DNA from: a virus
DNA length: 64,000 nt
Strand: one strand, 5' to 3'
IMG/VR virus record: IMGVR_UViG_3300013131_000021
The position numbers and the translations under genes are program-made. Positions 59,413-64,000 of this stretch are shown in pieces; position 1 is the first letter of the stretch; the number at the start of each line of letters is the position of its first letter. The notes beneath the pieces were generated by a model. It was not told the origin of the DNA. It was given only the letters and a program-made list of their open reading frames with translations, and ran no database searches.

Positions 59413-59622
59413 ATGTTAACCGTGAAATTTTGGACTGTGGAAAGATCTTACACAGCTCAGATCACAGGACCTCAAGGCACTATCGAAATACATGATCTTA
59501 TATGGATCGATGATCGACAGGACATACTTGAGATCTACTACTGGGAATCTTGGGCGGTTCTGCAGGGAGCTTATCACTGCTGCTTATCTATTCCTGGTAA
59601 AGTGCTGCTGATAAAACAATAG
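59413..59622 (+). CDS. Hypothetical protein
   Basis: 69 aa, ATG 5 nt after TAAGTA. Confidence 0.5.
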   Translation: MLTVKFWTVERSYTAQITGPQGTIEIHDLIWIDDRQDILEIYYWESWAVLQGAYHCCLSIPGKVLLIKQ

Positions 59623-59781
59623 CCAGGGCGACAAATGCGCTAGAAACATCACAGCCCACATCAAGGTCATTTCATAGGGCCATACTGCACAGACTGTGCT
59701 GGGAGTAAACAGACTATATAATAGTCCTGCTAGAAAGGCCGGAGCAGGAGCCAATGTTAGGAATTGATAAAGATATCTCAT
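59584..59781 (-). CDS. Small two-TM membrane protein
   Basis: 65 aa, two hydrophobic segments; upstream TAAATA. Confidence 0.55.
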   Translation of the reverse strand: MRYLYQFLTLAPAPAFLAGLLYSLFTPSTVCAVWPYEMTLMWAVMFLAHLSPWLLFYQQHFTRNR

Positions 59782-59917
59782 AGCTTAGTTATTTACAAAA
59801 ATCATTAAATATCTATAAGCCATAAATCAAAGGACTGATAATCAAGGCCAGGAGCGAAAATATGAAGACTGTAAACAGCTAGTCTCAGCGATCCAAGAAT
59901 AACAACACGAGAGCGAC

Positions 59918-60709
59918 ATGGATCCAGTAACGCTGTTCGCGCTGGCCAACGGCGCGGTTAAACTAGTCAAAGAAGGCTGTAAACTCTATAAAGATATCAA
60001 AGGAGCAGCCGGGGACGTCAAGGATGTACTCAAAGACCTTGACGATCAGTTCCATGTTAGGTTCAAAAATCGCGAACCCACTGTTCAAGAACGCAATCAA
60101 TACATACAAGAAAAAAATCGAATCATCGATCTCAACAAACGAGATGGTGAAACTGTAAACATCTATCAAGACATAGGTAATCACTTAGGTACCTACTTCG
60201 ACAACTACTACAAGTGCAAGGCAGTGTTCGACGAAGAAGAACGCAGATCCAAGACTGAAGTCTATACCGGAGAAGAAAGCCTAGGACGCAGAGCACTGCA
60301 ACGAGTATTGATGCGCAAACAGCTGGATCAAATGGGCACAGAACTTCGGGAAATCATGGTCTATCAAAGCCCGCCAGAACTGGGCGCACTGTGGACAGAA
60401 GTTGAAGAAATGATGCAGCGTGTGGGCAAAGAACAAGCGGGCGCGATCAGGATACAGATGCAGCGCAATGAAGTATTAAGCAAACAACGAGCTCGAAGGA
60501 AAAAACGCATACAGTATAAGATACTGTGCTGGAGCTTGAGCATTACCGCGATCTTATACCTAGTGTGGTTGATATGGGCCACAGTGGAAATACGCAAAGA
60601 GCGCCATCCGGAGTTGGGAGTCTGTGTGCTGCCCAAAGGCTCATGGCTGTATGATAGATACAACAATCTAATATGGGTAGACTGCGATCCTAGATCATCT
60701 CAGCGATGA
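59918..60709 (+). CDS. Coiled-coil protein with C-terminal membrane anchor
   Basis: MDP.TL...A amphipathic start; basic patch then TM (ILCWSLSITAILYLVWLIWA); periplasmic Cys pair. Confidence 0.65.
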   Translation: MDPVTLFALANGAVKLVKEGCKLYKDIKGAAGDVKDVLKDLDDQFHVRFKNREPTVQERNQYIQEKNRIIDLNKRDGETVNIYQDIGNHLGTYFDNYYKCKAVFDEEERRSKTEVYTGEESLGRRALQRVLMRKQLDQMGTELREIMVYQSPPELGALWTEVEEMMQRVGKEQAGAIRIQMQRNEVLSKQRARRKKRIQYKILCWSLSITAILYLVWLIWATVEIRKERHPELGVCVLPKGSWLYDRYNNLIWVDCDPRSSQR

Positions 60710-60854
60710 TTTAAACACGGCAGAGCCGCGCAAAATTTTTTTAGAGCGCAGCGAACAGCGGTAGCGCAAGATCGGTAAGAATGGCCAAAATCCCCTGATA
60801 ACTCCCGAAGTCTTATGACCCGGGAGTAAATACTGTGCAGAAGGAGGCAACTGT

Positions 60855-60926
60855 ATGAATCTACACAGTACACAGTACAAGCGTGTGAAACAGATGTGCA
60901 CCTTAGAGAATCCCCCTAATCACTGA
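60855..60926 (+). CDS. Candidate 23-aa peptide in its own transcription unit
   Basis: TAAATA (60827-32), AAGGAGG SD, MNLHSTQYKRVKQMCTLENPPNH, downstream terminator. Confidence 0.4.
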   Translation: MNLHSTQYKRVKQMCTLENPPNH

Positions 60927-60972
60927 TTGACAGATTCTCTGCAAAATGAACCATAAACGACTAGATCGTACC

Positions 60973-60997
60973 AGCCTCAATAAATTGGGGCTTTTTT
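60973..60997 (+). terminator. Intrinsic terminator
   Basis: AGCCTCAA-TAAA-TTGGGGCT-TTTTT. Confidence 0.7.
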
Positions 60998-61226
60998 ATC
61001 TGTGCGCGATCTTCACAGTGATATCGGATAATTCGTTGGTGCGGGGTATAGAGAAGAGCCGTAGTTCTGGCCAGCGCAGCAATAGCCAACAATGATACTG
61101 ATGATCCACTGATATATCCATGTAGTATGTGCCTTGATATGTGTGGCCGCCTAGACGGAGAACTTCTGCACTTAATCGCGATAGATCTATAAGGCTGTGT
61201 TGATAGGCACGGTATCGTAATAGCAT
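60996..61226 (-). CDS. Hypothetical protein
   Basis: 76 aa, ATG 4 nt after a minus-strand TAAATA. Confidence 0.5.
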   Translation of the reverse strand: MLLRYRAYQHSLIDLSRLSAEVLRLGGHTYQGTYYMDISVDHQYHCWLLLRWPELRLFSIPRTNELSDITVKIAHR

Positions 61227-61410
61227 AGACTATTTAACAGCAGACAAAATGGGTCTGCAGGCCTAAAAACCAGCTGCGCAAAAAATTTGGGTGGAGTACT
61301 TTTCATTTCAGGGTGGTGAATTTTGACCCCTACCTCTTTAAAACTACTGTACGCATATACAGCTATATACCGGCCACCACACCACCTCCTGATGGTTCAC
61401 CGACCGACCA

Positions 61411-61614
61411 TCAACACCTCGGTGTCTGATGAGGCTCACAACTTCTCAGGTGTCCACAGCAGACACGATTGGCCGCGCCTTCCCAAGCAGGGATCTGATC
61501 TATCAAGGCACGACCTGAGCCAGCCTTGGGATCCCAGGGTGCGTCCCTAGGATCATGCAGCAGCGAACAGCCCTGTAGGCTAATAACTGCTAATAATATC
61601 GCGAGCTTGCTCAC
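61411..61614 (-). CDS. Small lipoprotein
   Basis: Signal with lipobox LQG-C; C-terminal CC..C...C. Confidence 0.6.
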   Translation of the reverse strand: MSKLAILLAVISLQGCSLLHDPRDAPWDPKAGSGRALIDQIPAWEGAANRVCCGHLRSCEPHQTPRC

Positions 61615-61813
61615 AGTCTGCCTCCGTGTTGATCTGTTTATCCAAATACTCTATGCTCAGCAGCATGATCATAGCTGTGCATATATCTCTCTGCTGTGGG
61701 TTGGGCAGGCTGTCCCTGAACGCCCAGCATTGTTCTACTGTGTCTAGATTCCACAGCACTTCCAGCAGGGCTTTCTGGAATGGGCTGCGGACCTGTATGG
61801 TTAGTTCGTCCAT
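61580..61813 (-). CDS. Hypothetical early protein
   Basis: 77 aa, coupled within the operon. Confidence 0.55.
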   Translation of the reverse strand: MDELTIQVRSPFQKALLEVLWNLDTVEQCWAFRDSLPNPQQRDICTAMIMLLSIEYLDKQINTEADCEQARDIISSY

Positions 61814-61816
61814 GAC

Positions 61817-62158
61817 TCAGTCTAACCTCGATCCTGCGTAGGCTTCAAAGCCATACCGCTTGAACACCTGGGCCGCAGCCTCAGCACCTGCTTCTAAGGT
61901 ATCCACGTTCTGGCACCCGTAGCCCGCAGGATTCCAAATCTGGAACGCCTTGGTGTAGTCCTGACGCACACCAGCGGCTTTCAGCATCTTGCCTACCTTG
62001 GTGTTGCCTTTGACACCGTAGATGTTGGTCCAGGCAAAGCCACAGGCGTACTGGTCCTTGCCACCCAGCCGCTCCTTGAAGAACTTGTCTGCGGCCTGGA
62101 AAGCCTCAGTCTTAGCTTCTTGGACGATTGCATTGATTTGGTCTTGAGTGTAGTTCAT
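61817..62158 (-). CDS. Hypothetical early protein
   Basis: 113 aa, TAAGGAG SD, CGFAW motif. Confidence 0.7.
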   Translation of the reverse strand: MNYTQDQINAIVQEAKTEAFQAADKFFKERLGGKDQYACGFAWTNIYGVKGNTKVGKMLKAAGVRQDYTKAFQIWNPAGYGCQNVDTLEAGAEAAAQVFKRYGFEAYAGSRLD

Positions 62159-62167
62159 TTTCGCTCC

Positions 62168-62353
62168 TTAGTCGTAGTATGCACCATTGCGAATGCCTAA
62201 TGTGCCCACATACATCAAAGCCAAGCCCATGGCTGCGACTGCCACTGCGCTCAACAGCTCTGTGTCTGTGATAGAGTTTTCAACTCCGCCCACGGCACCA
62301 AATGTCAGCAGCAGACCAAAGAAGAACATGAACACGGATGATTTAGTAGTCAT
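62168..62353 (-). CDS. Small two-TM protein
   Basis: 61 aa, hydrophobic. Confidence 0.65.
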   Translation of the reverse strand: MTTKSSVFMFFFGLLLTFGAVGGVENSITDTELLSAVAVAAMGLALMYVGTLGIRNGAYYD

Positions 62354-62354
62354 A

Positions 62355-62468
62355 TTACACTCCTGCGATAGTGGTCAGTACACCGGCTGTGATCAACATG
62401 GTAGCTTGGATTAGACCAGTGATCCATGCTACATATGCCACTGTGGCCATTCCTATGAGTTTAAACAT
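62355..62468 (-). CDS. 37-aa hydrophobic peptide
   Basis: MFKLIGMATVAYVAWITGLIQATMLITAGVLTTIAGV, AGGAG SD; absent from the ORF track. Confidence 0.65.
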   Translation of the reverse strand: MFKLIGMATVAYVAWITGLIQATMLITAGVLTTIAGV

Positions 62469-62492
62469 TTCGCTCTCCTAAGTTGTTGTTTC

Positions 62493-62518
62493 AGTGTTTA
62501 CAGTATACGATCTTTTGG
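62493..62518. repeat. 26-nt direct repeat, copy 1 (early promoter core)
   Basis: AGTGTTTACAGTATACGATCTTTTGG, identical at 62728-62753. Confidence 0.9.
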
Positions 62519-62530
62519 GATCTTTGTCAA
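62502..62530 (-). promoter_or_regulatory. Early sigma70-type promoter
   Basis: TTGACA-17-TATACT. Confidence 0.85.
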
Positions 62531-62535
62531 CCGAT

Positions 62536-62709
62536 TTATGCCGCTGAGAACATGGCGCGGAACTGGCTCATCACTGCATAGAAACTACGCAGTTCTGAGA
62601 TGGTGAATTCTTGGGTGTTGTTCTCGATATAGAACAGGGTTTCCAGGATGGGCATTTGGCCCAGGCGTTCTTGTATTCCTGCTATTACTTTGAGATCATT
62701 GTTGATCAT
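62536..62709 (-). CDS. 57-aa hypothetical protein
   Basis: MINNDLKVIAGIQERLGQMPILETLFYIENNTQEFTISELRSFYAVMSQFRAMFSAA, GGAG SD; absent from the ORF track. Confidence 0.65.
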   Translation of the reverse strand: MINNDLKVIAGIQERLGQMPILETLFYIENNTQEFTISELRSFYAVMSQFRAMFSAA

Positions 62710-62727
62710 TTTGCGCTCCGTTTAGTT

Positions 62728-62753
62728 AGTGTTTACAGTATACGATCTTTTGG
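62728..62753. repeat. 26-nt direct repeat, copy 2
   Basis: Identical to 62493-62518. Confidence 0.9.
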
Positions 62754-62765
62754 CCCGGCTGTCAA
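62737..62765 (-). promoter_or_regulatory. Early sigma70-type promoter
   Basis: TTGACA-17-TATACT. Confidence 0.85.
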
Positions 62766-62992
62766 CCAAAATGACGGATCAACCCGCCGGTGCATAGGGT
62801 TATTGCCACGATGTTGATCAGCATCTGCGGGTAGTTGCGGACACGCACGGTCCAGGCGAAATAGCTCAAGGCCCCCAGCAGTCCGAATGTGATGTTCCAC
62901 GGAGTGAGTTCCGGAAAGAAGTTCATCACGGTGTACATCAGCAGCACGAACACCGTGCCCACCCATTGTATCATGTCATTTGCAGTCTTCAT
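62762..62992 (-). CDS. Small three-TM membrane protein
   Basis: 76 aa, three hydrophobic segments; leaderless start. Confidence 0.65.
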   Translation of the reverse strand: MKTANDMIQWVGTVFVLLMYTVMNFFPELTPWNITFGLLGALSYFAWTVRVRNYPQMLINIVAITLCTGGLIRHFG

Positions 62993-62998
62993 AGTCGT

Positions 62999-63027
62999 AT
63001 TATACGATCTCTAGCCCAAAATGTCAA
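62999..63027 (-). promoter_or_regulatory. Early sigma70-type promoter (leaderless)
   Basis: TTGACA-17-TATAAT, ATG 6 nt later. Confidence 0.85.
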
Positions 63028-63032
63028 CCAAT

Positions 63033-63425
63033 TTATCCGTTGTTTTTTTGCAACAGATCTCCGCCCTGATCCCTTCGTACCACGATCCGAGAATCACTGA
63101 AGCGTTCCTGTAAGATCTGCTGTAGACCTTCGCTGTCCTGTCCCTGTGCTAGGAATTGGTCCGTATCCAATCGCCAAGCGAATAATTGGCCCTGATGTTG
63201 CTCGATGCGTATCTCGATCACTGGTTGGGGACCTGGCGCTGCGGGCTCCGGATCTCTGGGTTCGTCGGGCAATTCTATACCGTTCTTCTTGGCCAGCCGG
63301 CGCATGTCTACTTCGGAAATGCCCAGCTCTTGTAGGATGCGCTTGAAGGCGATCAGTTGCAGGAACTGATTGATCCGCCATCCTATGACGAATCCCAATA
63401 CTAGGCTGAGAACGATATCTAACAT
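63033..63425 (-). CDS. Membrane-anchored hypothetical protein
   Basis: N-terminal TM, Pro-rich linker, C-terminal FLAQG domain. Confidence 0.65.
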   Translation of the reverse strand: MLDIVLSLVLGFVIGWRINQFLQLIAFKRILQELGISEVDMRRLAKKNGIELPDEPRDPEPAAPGPQPVIEIRIEQHQGQLFAWRLDTDQFLAQGQDSEGLQQILQERFSDSRIVVRRDQGGDLLQKNNG

Positions 63426-63478
63426 CACATTACCCCATAGACTATGGGGGGACAGGCCCCCGGTTAAGTATGTATCTA

Positions 63479-63507
63479 ATTATAACAGCATCAGCCCAAT
63501 TTGTCAA
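63479..63507 (-). promoter_or_regulatory. Early sigma70-type promoter
   Basis: TTGACA-17-TATAAT. Confidence 0.85.
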
Positions 63508-63564
63508 CCCCTTAGCAGCGGGGTCGGTAAGTACTTACTAACGTGCGTATTACTGTCAACCAAA

Positions 63565-63723
63565 TTATTCTGCTTCGCCGTCTTCTTCCCAGCCCGTGTA
63601 GTCTGCGTTAACGCCTGCGCTGTTAACATCTGTGCTTTCAGCAATAGCGTCTGCTTGCTCCCAAGTATCTGCTTTTACTGTTAAGTAATATGTAACTGTT
63701 TGCGTAAAATAAAATGTAGTCAT
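63565..63723 (-). CDS. 52-aa acidic hypothetical protein
   Basis: MTTFYFTQTVTYYLTVKADTWEQADAIAES..., AGGAG SD; absent from the ORF track. Confidence 0.65.
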   Translation of the reverse strand: MTTFYFTQTVTYYLTVKADTWEQADAIAESTDVNSAGVNADYTGWEEDGEAE

Positions 63724-63745
63724 ATTCGCTCCTATTTAAAAACAC

Positions 63746-63774
63746 ATTATAGCACAATGCTAGCCAAAATGCAA
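63746..63774 (-). promoter_or_regulatory. Early sigma70-type promoter
   Basis: TTGCAT-17-TATAAT. Confidence 0.65.
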
Positions 63775-63792
63775 GCACTGTGCTAAAAACCC

Positions 63793-63996
63793 TTACGCTA
63801 AGTCAGCTATTACACGCACATATATACCACGTGCGTTCACCCTGTTAGCATAGCCCGCAGCAGCAAAAGCAGCCTTCATGCGTTTAGCCGCACGTTCGCT
63901 GTCCCCCACCATCCAGCACACACTGCGCCTCTGCGTGTTCTGCTTGCTAGTCTTCTCAGTCCAATTTGCGCTAAATCCCATAACAGCATTACCCAC
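63793..63996 (-). CDS. Hypothetical protein (5' end may lie outside the window)
   Basis: Frame is open to the window edge. Confidence 0.5.
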   Translation of the reverse strand: MGNAVMGFSANWTEKTSKQNTQRRSVCWMVGDSERAAKRMKAAFAAAGYANRVNARGIYVRVIADLA

Positions 63997-64000
63997 AGCA

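Noticed and set aside
59918-60709. Holin/spanin lysis cassette
   Set aside because: No endolysin nearby, and no paired Rz/Rz1 lipoprotein arrangement with this gene
61323-61550. Plus-strand 75-aa ORF at the junction
   Set aside because: TTG start without SD, antisense to the lipoprotein gene, and it spans a hairpin-rich non-coding stretch
1-64000. Alternative genetic code (stop-codon recoding), as seen in some large phages
   Set aside because: Conserved genes (terminase, sheath, UvsX, UvsW, gp41) are full length in code 11, coding density is high, and TAA, TAG and TGA all occur at real gene ends
1-64000. tRNA, rRNA, CRISPR array or DGR reverse transcriptase
   Set aside because: I saw no cloverleaf/T-loop pattern, regularly spaced repeats or RT motif by eye; a tRNAscan/Infernal run would be needed for full exclusion

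Overview
This 64-kb window is part of a large T4-superfamily-like myovirus genome and reads cleanly in the standard genetic code. It contains no tRNA, rRNA or CRISPR array, and no portal or major capsid gene that I can recognise. Layout: 0-4.8 kb tail fibre and putative receptor-binding genes; 4.7-7.5 kb an inverted block with 2OG-Fe(II) oxygenases; 7.5-24.7 kb neck (gp15/14/13), two HNH nucleases, dNMP kinase, an oversized sheath, tube, gp4-like nuclease and terminase; 25-28.6 kb gp32/UvsX/UvsY; 28.6-47.7 kb a ~19-kb sugar-modification locus interrupted by UvsW; 48-55.4 kb replisome genes (gp62-like, a 192-aa mini-DnaE, primase, carbamoyltransferase, gp41 helicase); 55.6-60.7 kb accessory genes (Pol-beta-like NTase, BI-1/YccA, GNAT). 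After a structured junction at ~61 kb, a GC-richer minus-strand array of small genes runs behind repeated sigma70-type promoters. The strongest observations are: (i) a soluble, transporter-less, late-promoter-driven glycan pathway with five KpsS/KpsC-like paralogues; (ii) a minimal C-family polymerase core that keeps all three catalytic aspartates; (iii) promoters placed 4-7 nt before start codons throughout the window, implying leaderless mRNAs. Protein calls come from motif recognition only; no database search was run.
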